The notes below the pieces were generated by a model. That model worked only from the letters and a program-made list of their open reading frames with translations, was not told the DNA's origin and did not search any database. A stretch of DNA of 64,000 nucleotides. Source: Schizosaccharomyces osmophilus. Its lineage: Eukaryota. Positions 45,089 through 57,500 of this stretch are shown here, one piece after another. Location of the stretch: the NCBI RefSeq assembly GCF_027921745.1, contig NC_079239.1, positions 310,001 through 374,000 of the forward strand, in the 5' to 3' direction. The translations under genes were made by a program, and so were the position numbers. Each line of letters begins with the position of its first letter. Position 1 is the first letter of the stretch.

Positions 45089-47132
45089 TTTTAAATAAAA
45101 TAAGAATGAAGAAACCTTTAAAAATACTTCTACGTACAAACAAAGCAATGAATCGGGTGGAATGTCAAGAAAAGCAGTGTGCTGATGGGATTGCTTTGGA
45201 CGTTTGGCGAAAAAGTACTCTACCAGTTTTTAACAGAGAATCTTTTCTAAAAAAACGTTATTCCCAAAAGGCGGAATTCACAGAACGACAGCAAAAAAGA
45301 AGGAAGTGACAGAAGGACTTGTGGTGTACGGAGTGACAATTCATGTACACACAATCCGTATGATATGAAGGAGACATATCCAGAACGAACAACCCCAGGA
45401 TGTCAAATTGCGGCTTGTCACATTCTATGAACAAACTGGAAAATAAAAAAAGGTTTTAGAGGGTGTTATGGAGCCTGCGCCAATTTTTGTTTGTGGTGAT
45501 ACTTTTGTGTTTGTACTTACTATGATAACCAGCCTAGCAGTGGGCGGCGAACATACACTTTGCAAACCAAACCATATTGAACCACCACAGTCGAGTCAAG
45601 TGTTTCTCCTATATTTAAAACATGGAAGAATTGACTTGGTTGGAATCTTAATATTTTACAAGAATTTCTTTTTCTACGTAACCACAAACATGAAGATGAA
45701 CAGAAATTTTTAAAAGCTTCATCAAGTGAGGACTGGTACACGACAAACCAAAGAAATGGAGAAACTCATAAGGATGTACAAAAGAGATGTGAAGGAAATA
45801 ACTTGTTGGCTGGCTTTCTATGACCTTGTTATTTCTATGGAACAACACGGTTTGACGGGTTCACACATTGTCCGCTCGCTGCAACGGGAGAAATCCATGG
45901 CTTACTCTAAGCAAAATGTTTTCTGTGTTGATCGGCCGCAAAACAATCGAACTATGGGCTTGGGAAGCACTTTGATCGATGGGTTTTGTCTTTGCAATGA
46001 CTAGGATGACTTGATTTCCTAGTGTTGTCACAGAGCAGCTGCGTTGTTATGACGCCCATGATCTTCCAAAAGTCCAGTTTGCTATAACATGTACGTTTTA
46101 TCGGGCAAGCATTTTTTGGGTATGTAAAGTCGCACAATGCACATTGCACACTACACAAATGTAAACACGCGGGCCGAAGCGAAATCAAGAGAAAGAGCCA
46201 AGCTTTTTTACAAAGAAACAAGAAGGAAAGATTTCTTGTTTATTTCTTCCATCGCTGTCCTATAACTTCTTTTCCTTCTTTACTACCTACTTCACTTTTT
46301 CTTCTGATTCGCTATACTGTGCACCAACGCGCGTCCGATAATTCGATTACTGATACTGAAAATTCTAGCGGATTTTAACTTACCGAGCTAGATGGAGAAC
46401 ACCAGTTCATTCTTAAGTTGCTATACTGAAACATACCAAACTTTGCTATTATTGCCACCGATATCATGATGTGGCCATGATGGAGGAGCTGCTACTAGGT
46501 GGAGGAAGTTACATCAACAAAGTAGGTTTCGATTATGTTCGATCACGTTCGAATCATGGTGTAGCCTTCTTTTCCCAAAGAAAGTGGCAGACAGAGAGAA
46601 ACAGGAAGAAGCTCTGTGTGGTGCTGTGCTGTCTTGATGGCCTTTTCTGTATCTTCATTCTCCTGTGAGAGAGTCTTGAGGCTTCTTCCTGTAAGAGGAA
46701 TATGCTCCAGCGTCTTCTCTGACTGACATTGCGAACCCGTAGGCGAGTATGAGCACTGGTGTGTGTAGCTTAACTTCTTCTGCTTGTTTGCTCGTACTGC
46801 AAACACCAAGACTACGTAGCATGGAAAGACTCGTAGACTCGCCCTTCCTCAGTAGTAGATAATTGGGTTTGTAGAACGAGTGCGATGTATTTCACATACA
46901 ATTAAAAGCACAGTAGGAAGAGGAAATTGGTCGAAAGACAACTCAATTGCATCCTCCAAGCTGGTGAAGGACTACTGCTGTAATTAATAAGATGGTGGCC
47001 GTATCTGAACGCGGTTTGTTTACAACAAATGAGCTGCGGTACGGATGACATTTATGTAATGTTGATTGGATTCCCCATCTACCAATGATAACACCTCGTA
47101 ATCCATTCCGCCTCTATGTTAATTATCATCGG

Positions 47133-47144
47133 AACCCTAACCCT
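47133..47144 (+). promoter_or_regulatory. AACCCT box (AACCCTAACCCT), Teb1/Ams2-type site
   Basis: Exact 12-nt core of the fission-yeast histone promoter element, about 260 bp upstream of the bdf2 ATG. Confidence 0.55.
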
Positions 47145-47402
47145 GAGTGGATCCGGGACTTATACCTACATGTTCCCTCCTTCCCTCTACAAACAACAAT
47201 TATTTTACTTTGAATCGACAGACCCAAGATCGAGACGTTAATTTTCACTATCCCAAATAGTGAATCGAGATTTGTTTGGATCGTTTTTGAAGAAACTACT
47301 AAATTAGAGGACCTGCTGCTGAATGCGGGCATTGCAGTACCGTGAAAGAATTTATCTTTTGTGAAGTTTATTGTTGAAGTGCTGTGAGAACAGTGTACTT
47401 AC

Positions 47403-49945
47403 ATGAACAGTGAGAATATTATATCGTAAGTTGGATTCCAAAATTGCGCGCGCAAGTTACACCTAAGAGATTAGCGGGACATGTCATCGATTGGTAAATA
47501 GGATTTCAGAAGACATTCACAATTTACAAAAGTAGATCACAACAAAAACAAGAACATGAGAGGAACCCTTTTGGATGTTGCAGAGTGTTGCCTTATTGTT
47601 GAACGACTATTCAACATGTAGTCTCTGAATTCTGCATTTCTCAATGGGTTTGTTTTGTTTTGTCTTCTTTTCCATCTAGTAATTGTTATCCCGAGTCATT
47701 TCTCCTGTGTGTCCTTGCGACGCAATGCAATTGCTATTCATGCAATTCCTTACTAACATTTAGTAGTGTGAAATCTTCGCAGGGGAAAGTGAATATTGCA
47801 AACGATTTTGGTAAACACAGTATGGGCTCCATGAACGTTTCTAATATTGACATTACTGTAACACACCCTTACTCTGCCGAAACTGCATCTATTAACAAGA
47901 CTGGACTGGGAAAAATTCACGACTCGACATTTACACCTAGATCCCCTGAGCCTTCTATGAACGGCGAAGACAAGAAAGCCTCTTACTTTTCCGGAAACGA
48001 GAACGAGGATGAGGCATTAGACTTGTTTGGTGATAATGAGTTTGAAGAAGAAAGTTTACCATATCAAGACAATGACTATTCTTCCCAATATCTACATCCC
48101 ACACCCCCATACACAAATTATGATGATGAGTCTCCCTCATCCCCTTCACAACCGTCCGAAGGAGCTGGCAAGAAGCATATATTAGAAACCAATGCCTCTA
48201 CACAAGCGGATGTCAACGAGACCCCAATCAAGCGTCAACGCTATGAACACGAACCGTCGTATCATCCAACCCGAGGTCAACCCGAACAGCAAGAGCCTCT
48301 TCCCACTGATATGCAAACAAACTCAAAGCTTCCTGTAGTACCTCCTTTCTCGGAAAAGGTCTCGAATACCGCTGGCGGTAAAGCTCAAGTCATTACAAAC
48401 ATGCAGGACAGCGCAGTTGATGAGAGTGAATACGTTTCACCGAAGGAGTATCCCCCAATGACGAAAGAGCAACACAAGTACATCCATGCCATGCTTCGTC
48501 AACTTCGTCGTGGTCGTGATTCAATTCCTTTTCGTGCCCCAGTTGATCCAATTAAACAAAACATTCCTGATTATCCTACAATAGTGATGCGCCCAATGGA
48601 TTTAGGGTCCATTCAGAAAAAGTTTTCGAGTGGACAATATGCCAGTGCCGAGAACTTTATCGACGATATGAACTTGATGTTTGAGAATTGCTTTCTTTAC
48701 AATGGTACAGAATCTCCTGTGGGTGTGATGGGTAAAAACCTACAGGCAACCTTTGAGCGTCAATTAAAGCAACTGCCTTCCCCGTACGTCACTAGCTCAT
48801 CTAGACCAGGACGACGTCCTCGTAATGTGCCTGCGGCTACTAGACCCACGAGTAGTCGGACGCGAAGGCAATCTGCTTTATCGTCCGGCCGCGACAACGT
48901 GTACGATCTAAAGCCTCACCGCAGAAAAGATGCAGCTGAAATGAAATTTTGTCAGTCTGTGCTGAAGGAGTTGTTGAAAAGACAACATGAGTCATATGCG
49001 TATCCTTTCTATAAACCAGTGAATCCTATCGCTTGTGGTTGTCCCGACTATTACAAAATTATCAAGCACCCCATGGATCTTTGCACGATGCAAAACAAGC
49101 TGAATCACAATGAATATGCGTCTCTTAAAGCTTTTGAAGCTGACATGTTGCTCATGTTTAAGAATTGCTACAAGTTTAATCCTGCTGGCACACCGGTACA
49201 CATCATGGGTAAAAAGCTTGAATCTGTATTTCAGAAACTGTGGGCCGAGCAGCCTGATTTTGATTCTGAAACCTTAAGTTCACTTTCCTCTGTAAATCCC
49301 GACTACTATTATGGTGACAATGATGTTTTCGACAGTGCAGACGAGTTCATGGAAGATGACGGGGAAGAATTTGAAGCTGTTAACCGACAGATATATAGAC
49401 TTCAGAGCACTTTACGCGCGATGAAGACGCGTGCCCGCCCCTCTTCAGCTTCTCATCGTTCTCGTTCTCGAAGCCTGAGTATTGACCAGTTCCCACCTAT
49501 TACTTATGAAATGCAGAATGAATTAGCCGAACAATGCAACTACTTAACGGCTGATCAATTGACGCATGTCGCCGAAATTCTGCGTTCTGCATTACCGCAT
49601 CTTCGTAAAACCGATGAAATAGAAATTGATGTATCGTCGATGCCTCCTGATGTGTTCTTTAAAGTTTATTACTTTGTATGCAAGGGAGACGAATCGGCTG
49701 CCGATTACATCTTAATGTCACCTCAACCACAGAAGGAAGAAAGAAAAGGTCGTGCCTTGTCAGAAAATGAGCAAGCCGAGAAGATTCGCCAGCTCCGTGC
49801 TCAACTCGATCGCTTTGCAGGAATAACTAACCAGAATAAAGGATTGAATAATTCTTCAGCTGCCTATCAGTCGAAGGCATTTGCTACGGATGAATCGTCT
49901 TCTGAAGATGATGGCGAAAGCAGCGAAAGCAGTAATTCAGCATGA
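47403..49945 (+). CDS. bdf2: BET double-bromodomain protein
   Basis: Exon 1 47403-47425 (ATG..TC|GTAAGT), intron 47426-47763 (TACTAAC..TAG), exon 2 47764-49945; about 734 aa. Two bromodomains (PFRAPVDP..PDY; YPFYKPV..PDY) and an ET domain. Confidence 0.92.
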
Positions 49946-50704
49946 GCTAATGCGGGAAGAAATTTGTTTTCTTTAATTTCAAGGTTTCGGTTTATCATTC
50001 TTATTATTATAATTCTTGTTATTCTTAATTTTTCGGGTTACTTGCGCTGTACATATATTACATATGTGTTTTTGCTTATGCTGAATTTGGTCTTTTAATA
50101 CTTTCACATTCTTTATCGTTGAACGTCTTTCGCTCGCATGATCTTCCAGTAACGGTTTACTTCGTGATTTCAGAACTGAAATCTAGTTCCAATTTGTTAT
50201 GATTCTTTTGATATAATGTTTTTATTTTTTTTGGTGAACTGTCTGAATCAGTCTGTCGGTTTTCTCTTTGTATTTCATTCTAATTTACCTTTTTTTTCTG
50301 CGATTTTGAAAGCACTGTTTTGTTTTATCTATACTGAAAACCGCAGTTGTGATTTACCATGTTTCATCCTGTACACTAGTTAGCGTCTATATTTCATACG
50401 TTTAATAAAAGTATTTTCCAAGACTAATCATATGTAGTATACTTTTACGCTGAGAAATTCCAAATTGGGTTGGAATAAGAAATGAATCACTAGCTGCAAA
50501 AACTGTACACTGAAGAGTTCGAGATGGTACTATAAACCAAGCAAATTTTTTTTTTCTTTGCTTGGTGGAGTATCGTCTGCGTGCAATTACACGCTATAAA
50601 AAATTAACGAGGTGGTATATCATACGCTATTCCATGTGGGTTGCTCAAGATTTGCCAAAGCAGCAAACCGCCAAACTCAGGATCCTGACAGCAAACAATC
50701 CCAA

Positions 50705-52726
50705 ATGGCAGCTAGGAGTCGGCCCAAATCGACATTCCGGACGGTACGGGATAATGGACTCAACCTTGGGGCTTTCCAAGAGTCTTCGAAGCTTTATGCA
50801 AGTATAACGGACGCTATAGATTCTCAGCGTCTGCGTGTTTTTGATTCGCAAGAGGGATCGCTCAAAACCGAATACGCTTTAGAAGGGAATCAGCGTGTCA
50901 GTAGTATTAGTTGGGATCAAGCAGCTGAATACGATGTTGAGCCTATAGATGGTTCCATAGGTGCCTCTGGTCATGTCGTACTTCTTGGTACAGAAGATGG
51001 CGAAATTTTAGTTTATTCAGACGCCCTCGGCACAGTTACGAAATCATATAGTTTTGGACAATTGGGTAAGATCACCAAAGTTGCTCTTTTGAATTCATAT
51101 GGATTTGCCATCGACAGCCTTGGAAAGGTTGTTCATTTCAACGTTAACAATGGTTCTCCTATTCAAACAATGAAGATTACCAGTTCTTCTCGAGAATTCT
51201 CCGGTGTATATCCTTCCCCTCGCATTCCAAATGCTGCCATTGTCACTTCACACAGCGTGCATTTGTTGGCACTCCCAGATTCGGATCCCGTCGATACCTT
51301 AACCACCCATACAACGCCTGTTCGATCTGTCGTTTATTCTTCTGTTGCAACATCATCACAAGATTTTATTGTTTTTGCGACAGCTGCTGAACAGGACCGA
51401 TTTGTCAACCTATTTAGCAAGCAAGTCTCCAATGAGAAACTCGACGATGTCCCTTCTAAGAATATAGGAGCACTTGTTTGTGAAAACGACGTACAAGAAC
51501 TCACAGTGTGCGAGAAGACCGAGGAGGCTTCTGGGAAAAAGGGTAGTATTCTAGCAGCACTTTCGGTAGACGGTACTATTGAATTGTTCGATAATCCCTG
51601 GGAGTCGAAACTTTCATCTGGATCTGGTGGAGTCGCGTCTCTATCCCGCAAGCGTAAATTATTGACAAGCCATTCCAACCTCAAGATTCGTTTCTCTCGT
51701 TCTCGTGGCGGTGTTATTATTGCACTTGAATCCATTACTTTTGTTAATGCAGGTACTATAGTGGTTGCATGGAAGGAGGGCACTCGCACTATTTTCGAGA
51801 GTGTCCCTTGGAAGATTTTGTCTTCACAAGCAACCGATGGACTGTTAGAATTGGTTCGTCCCAAAGCTCGAGATGTCAATAAAGTCGGAAAACCCGTCGT
51901 CACTTACGATGAAGCAAATGCTACTGTTACAACGGGTGTGATGCAAAAGCATGCTGCGAATATGGGAGATCTTTCCGTTGAGGAAGAAGCGCAAGTCGAA
52001 GAACAGGAGCCTAGTCTTGCTGAACGCTTGCAGACGCTTACCAAGTTAGATCAGCAAGCCCAAACTACTCCCACACAAGTTTCTGCTTCTACTTCGTTAG
52101 CAACTGTGCTAACTCAGGCATTGCGAACAAACGATCAAGCTCTCCTTGAATCATGTTTCAATAATCAAAGTTTGGAAGTCATCGAGAACACTGTTCGCCG
52201 TTTAGACCCTGCATTGGCTCCGGCCTTATTAGATAAAGTAGCTGATCGTTTAGCCCGTCGCCCCTTAAGGGCAGACACATTCCTGACTTGGATTCGCTGC
52301 ACTCTAATTTTTCATGGTGGTCACTTAAGCTTAATCCGCGATCTGAAAGATCAGTTAGCTACTCTTCGTTCAGTATTGGAAACCAGAGGTTCCAAGTACA
52401 CAAGCATGCTTGCGTTACAAGGAAGATTAGATATGGTGTTTTCTCAGATTGCTTTGCGAAAGGCTGGTGGCTCAAAGGATAATGCTGAGAACAATGAGCC
52501 TATTACTGTATATTACGATGGCTTTGAAGAGGATGAGGATGAAGACATGGAAGGAGATGAAGACGACGAGGATCTGGATTCCGATGAGGAGGACATTTCA
52601 GATGATTCTTCCGAAAACGAAGACCATGCAGCAGATGGTGAAGTACATTCAGACGAAGATTATGATCAAGAATTGCACGAGGAGGACGTTCAACATGATT
52701 CTTCAGATGAAGAAAACTCTGAATGA
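50705..52726 (+). CDS. utp5: U3 snoRNP/UTP-A subunit Utp5 (WDR43)
   Basis: 673 aa from ATG 50705. WD-like region, Utp12 domain (LTQALRTND.ALLE..LQGRLDM), acidic tail. Confidence 0.88.
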   Translation: MAARSRPKSTFRTVRDNGLNLGAFQESSKLYASITDAIDSQRLRVFDSQEGSLKTEYALEGNQRVSSISWDQAAEYDVEPIDGSIGASGHVVLLGTEDGEILVYSDALGTVTKSYSFGQLGKITKVALLNSYGFAIDSLGKVVHFNVNNGSPIQTMKITSSSREFSGVYPSPRIPNAAIVTSHSVHLLALPDSDPVDTLTTHTTPVRSVVYSSVATSSQDFIVFATAAEQDRFVNLFSKQVSNEKLDDVPSKNIGALVCENDVQELTVCEKTEEASGKKGSILAALSVDGTIELFDNPWESKLSSGSGGVASLSRKRKLLTSHSNLKIRFSRSRGGVIIALESITFVNAGTIVVAWKEGTRTIFESVPWKILSSQATDGLLELVRPKARDVNKVGKPVVTYDEANATVTTGVMQKHAANMGDLSVEEEAQVEEQEPSLAERLQTLTKLDQQAQTTPTQVSASTSLATVLTQALRTNDQALLESCFNNQSLEVIENTVRRLDPALAPALLDKVADRLARRPLRADTFLTWIRCTLIFHGGHLSLIRDLKDQLATLRSVLETRGSKYTSMLALQGRLDMVFSQIALRKAGGSKDNAENNEPITVYYDGFEEDEDEDMEGDEDDEDLDSDEEDISDDSSENEDHAADGEVHSDEDYDQELHEEDVQHDSSDEENSE

Positions 52727-53206
52727 GCCTAGATATTCGGGCAGCGAATTGGCTTGGGATGTTCTCAAAAAAAAATAAAGAGAGAACATAATCTTATTTT
52801 AAGGTAGAAAGAAGAAAACGAAAATGGTCGTTTTCTTAGATCTGAAAATGTGATTTTTTAAAAATCATGGGTGAGGTTTTTTATATTGGTTTTGGATTTG
52901 CGTTACTTAATATATATTATATTGTGTTTGATAGAAGACCGAAACGTTTACGGTAAAAAAATGAAGGGTTTGTTTTGGTATACGATAGGCTAGTGGAAGT
53001 AGAAGTGTATTGAAAAGAATCTTGTGAACATGATTTATTTGTAGAAAACTGTTTTATCAATAATAATGGTAAATACTTCACGAAAGAATATACTGCTTAT
53101 TGTGGTGTTGAGGATATATGGTTCGATCACTACCACGACTTATAGCTACTACTACGTTGTCAATTCTCTATATACCTGAGTAGAAGAACGCTAATGAAAG
53201 CTACCA

Positions 53207-53959
53207 ATGACTTCAAATGTAGACGGGAATTTGAAAATCATAGTTCGGTTCGCTTCTGCAATTCCTGATCTTACATTGGAAATTTCAAATGCAGGAGAGA
53301 CAACGATCCGGGAACTTTTCAAGACCATTCGTAGTCGCATACCAGACTGTAGGGATAAACACTTAAAACTGATATTTCAAGGCCGTCTTTTGTCTCCGTT
53401 ATTCACTATAGAAAGAGCTGTAAGGGGAAACTGGCATTATGATCCTCATAAAGAAGATGACGAATCTCGAAAAGCATTTATTCATTGCATTGTTGGACCT
53501 CAACTATCACCAAATGAATTGGCTCCAGAAGACATAGAATTAAGTCAACTTCAGCGCTCCGGTGCTTCAGAGGCGGAGGCGGAGGCGTCACATCCTACAG
53601 AGATGCTGAGAGGTTTTGACCGGCTCCGCGAAGCTGGTTTCACAGAATCCGAGATTTCTAGTTTGAGATCCCAGTTTCATCAAGCTCGTGGTACGAATTT
53701 AGAGTCTCTTTCAGAGGACGCTGTACGCGAAGCTGAGGATGATTGGATCGACAATGGGGCACAAACTTCATCAGCTGATGAATTTGATATGTCTTACGAA
53801 ACGCTTTTGGCCGGCGTAATGATTGGATTCTTTGGTGGTGCTATTGCATGCTATTTTCTCTGGCAAAGAACTATGTTTTCCCTGCGAATGCAGCTCTCAA
53901 TCTTGGTAGGTATTATTTGCAATTTTGTTTATGGCGTTTTACATTCCTATCGATGGTAA
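53207..53959 (+). CDS. dsc3: Golgi Dsc E3 ligase subunit Dsc3
   Basis: 250 aa. N-terminal UBL (IIVRF..IPDL..LKLIFQGRLL), RGFDRL.EAGF...LRSQF, two C-terminal TM segments. Confidence 0.9.
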   Translation: MTSNVDGNLKIIVRFASAIPDLTLEISNAGETTIRELFKTIRSRIPDCRDKHLKLIFQGRLLSPLFTIERAVRGNWHYDPHKEDDESRKAFIHCIVGPQLSPNELAPEDIELSQLQRSGASEAEAEASHPTEMLRGFDRLREAGFTESEISSLRSQFHQARGTNLESLSEDAVREAEDDWIDNGAQTSSADEFDMSYETLLAGVMIGFFGGAIACYFLWQRTMFSLRMQLSILVGIICNFVYGVLHSYRW

Positions 53960-54574
53960 AGGATTGATTATATTGCTTACTATAACATCAAGGTGTTTAG
54001 GACATGAGCAATTCTTTCTTCTTGAATATTTGAATTCAAAAAGTGGCTGCCGAAGCCTTATTTTTCAAATCTTTACGATTAATTTATCTGTGTGTCATCA
54101 CATCATTCGTTTTATTTCCGAATCAAGGAAACAGCTTGAAAACTTTGGATTTATCTCATTGATGATTGTTCTATTCTCTCTGCGTTGCCAAATCCATTAT
54201 ATCACTGTTCTTCATGCATAGTACACTCCATGACTTCTAATGACTAGAATAGTATTCCATTTTATAATTATTATTTTAATTACAAATTTATCGGTTTTGG
54301 GATTGTCTTTTAGACGATAGTTACAAGCAGGAAATGTTTCCAATCCGTTTCAATTTTCAACAGCATTGTTTACACAATAGTGAATCGCATCATAAATTCG
54401 TTACAAGTTAATAGTGGCTTTAATGCAATTTACTCGTAACAGTAATTTACGGTATTTTAGCAAATTTAAAATTTAAGTAGGATTTTTGTGCTTGTGAAAT
54501 TTCATCCTTCACCAGCTACTTAGTCAATCATCAGATCTTGCGGAATTCCCATTTCGCAACGTCAAATCTGAGAC

Positions 54575-57500
54575 ATGACATCCTCCGTGCTATTTCAAGG
54601 TCGTGAAGAAGACAATGTCCTCAAACTACTTGAGGACTTGTTGAATGCCGAAACCTCTAAGGATTGTGCCAACATTGGCGAAAAAACTGGAGAAATTTTC
54701 AAACAAGATGAACCACTAGTTGCTTTAAAAACAACTGGATTCTTGGATGGATTGGAAAAAGCTGCTCGTAACAAAAAGTCAGGCTTTCACAGGGAGTCTG
54801 CTATGATCGGGTTTGCCTCAATCATTCCAAAGATTGGTCGTCCTTGCGAAGTTGATTTTCTTCCATATCTTCCAGTAATGCTTGACTTGTTCTCTGACAG
54901 AGGTGAGGTCGTTAGATCTGCTGCAAAGATGGCCTCTGATGCCTTGCTTAATGTTCTTCCCTCTGTCTCGGTTGAAACTCGTTTGATTCCCTCTTTAATC
55001 GAATACTTGTATAGCTCAGCCGTTAAGTGGCCAAGTAAGGTAGCTGCTCTTGAGTTGCTCGGGTCATTGGCGAAAACTTCCCGTAACGCCATTGCCGTTG
55101 CAATGGGTTCTTTGATTCCCTGCATTCGTGAACGTATGCATGACACTAAAGGTGAGGTTTCTCGTGCTGCTATCAAGTGCATGTTGGATCTTTGTACTGT
55201 TGTTGAAAATAATGACATTATTCCTCATATTCCCAAATTGGTCGACTGCATGGCCCGTCCAGAGACTTTGGAGGAATGCATCAAAGATTTGAGTGCGACT
55301 ACGTTCGTTGCCACTGTAGAATCCGTCGCATTGGCAGTTTTGGTTCCCATTTTGAAGCGTGCACTTGCCGAACGCTCTCAGATTATGCTGCGTATGACTG
55401 TCATCATTACTGACAACTTGTGTAAGCTTGTTCCTGATCCTGCTGAAGCTTCCGATTTCCTCCCAGAATTGATTCCAGAAGTTGAAAGAATTGCTCAAAG
55501 TGCTGCCATGCCCGAAGTCCGTGCTCTTGCGTCTCATGCCCTTACCACGTTAAATAAGGCTGCTGCTGCCCAAGCTGCCAAGGCTGCTAATGATGCTGAG
55601 AGACAAGCCGTTTCCGGTGTTCGTACCAGACTTCATCAATTCGTCACCGAGCATGCTAAATGCCCCCAGAACTTTAATATTAAGGAAGTTTTGGATTATG
55701 TTTGCGATGCCTATGTCTCCTTTTACAACAATAAGAATTTCAATAAGGAGTCTTGGGTTAATGAAATGGGTATCCCATATTTGACTCCTTTCGTTGGTGA
55801 AAATGCTGCTTCTGAGTCTGTTAGAAAAGCTTATGATGATCTTCACTCATTGTATCAATCTTTGAACGGTCCCGATATCTCAGATTTGAATATTGAAGAG
55901 GAGGAGCTCGTTAATACGGATTTCTCACTCGCTTATGGTGGTCGTTTGCTGTTGAACCACACCAACTTGCGCCTTTACAGAGGCCATCGTTATGGTGTTG
56001 TTGGTCATAACGGTTGTGGTAAATCTACATTACTGAAGGCCATTGCTGATTATAAGGTCGAAAACTTTCCTACACCTGATCAAGTGAAGACTTGTTTTGT
56101 AGCCCATAGCTTACAGGGTGAAGATACTAGTATAGCTATTCTTAATTTCGTTGCTAATGACCCAGCATTGGCTAATATGAATGTTACTCGTGAGGAAGCT
56201 GCTGGTGCATTGAAGTCCGTCGGTTTTACGGAAGATATGCAACAAGATGCAGTGGCCTCTTTATCAGGTGGATGGAAGATGAAGTTAGAATTGGCTCGTG
56301 CCATGTTGCAGAAAGCTGATATCCTTTTGTTGGACGAACCAACAAACCACTTGGACGTTAACAATATCGCTTGGTTGGAAGCTTACTTGACCGCTCAAAC
56401 TCAAATTACCTGTCTAATGGTTTCTCACGATTCCTCTTTCTTGGATCACGTTTGTACAGATATTATTCACTATGAGGGTGTCAAGAATGCTCCAAAGAAA
56501 TTGGGCTATTTTCCTGGTAATCTTTCTGCTTTCGTTGAGAAGAAGCCTGAAGCTAAGTCTTACTATACACTTTCAGCCACAAATGAAAAGTTTGTTTTCC
56601 CTCCCCCTGGTATTCTTGCTGGTGTTCGTTCCAACACGAGAATTATTCTTAAAATGACCAATGCAACATATTGTTATCCCGGCTCTTCCAAAAAATCATT
56701 GGATGACGTTACTTGCGGTCTTTCTCTATCTTCCCGTGTTGCAATTATCGGCCCCAACGGTGCTGGTAAGTCTACTCTTATTAAAGTTTTGATCGGTGAG
56801 GTTATACCTCAAGAAGGCCGTGTTTTCAAACACCCTAACCTCCGTGTTGGTTATGTAGCACAACATGCTTTCCATCATTTGGATCAACATTTGGAAAAAA
56901 CACCCAGTCAGTATATTCAATGGAGATATAGTGGTGGTCAAGACCGTGAAGTTTTGGAGAAAGAGACTCGTAAATTAACAGATGAGGACCGTGCTCAATT
57001 GCAACGTGAGATTACTGTTGATGGTGAACGCCGTAGAGTGGAAGCTTTGATTGGTCGTCAGAAGTATAAGAAGTCTTTCCAATACGAAATTAAATGGCTC
57101 GGTAAGCCTCACAAGTACAATAATTGGATCCCTCGTGATCTATTGCTTGAACATGGTTTCCAAAAGTTTGTTCAAGCCTTTGATGATAGAGAATCATCTC
57201 GTGAAGGATTAGGCTTTAGAGAACTTATCCCTGAAGATATCCGCAAGCACTTTGAAGAGATTGGTCTTCCTGGTGATATTGCAGACTACAGTCCTGTAAG
57301 CAGCTTGTCTGGTGGTCAAAAGGTCAAGGTTGTTATCGCGGCTTGTTTATGGAATAACCCTCAACTTTTAGTTTTGGACGAACCTACAAACTTTTTGGAT
57401 AGAGACGCTCTCGGTGGTTTAGCAACTGCTATTCGTGATTGGGGTGGTGGTGTTGTTATGATTTCTCACAACGCTGAATTTGTTTCTGCACTTTGCCCCG

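Noticed and set aside
47131..47147. Telomerase RNA template or telomere seed (CCCTAACCCT)
   Set aside because: Only two TTAGGG-type units, fission-yeast telomere repeats differ, and no other telomerase-RNA feature is visible. An AACCCT promoter box is the simpler reading.
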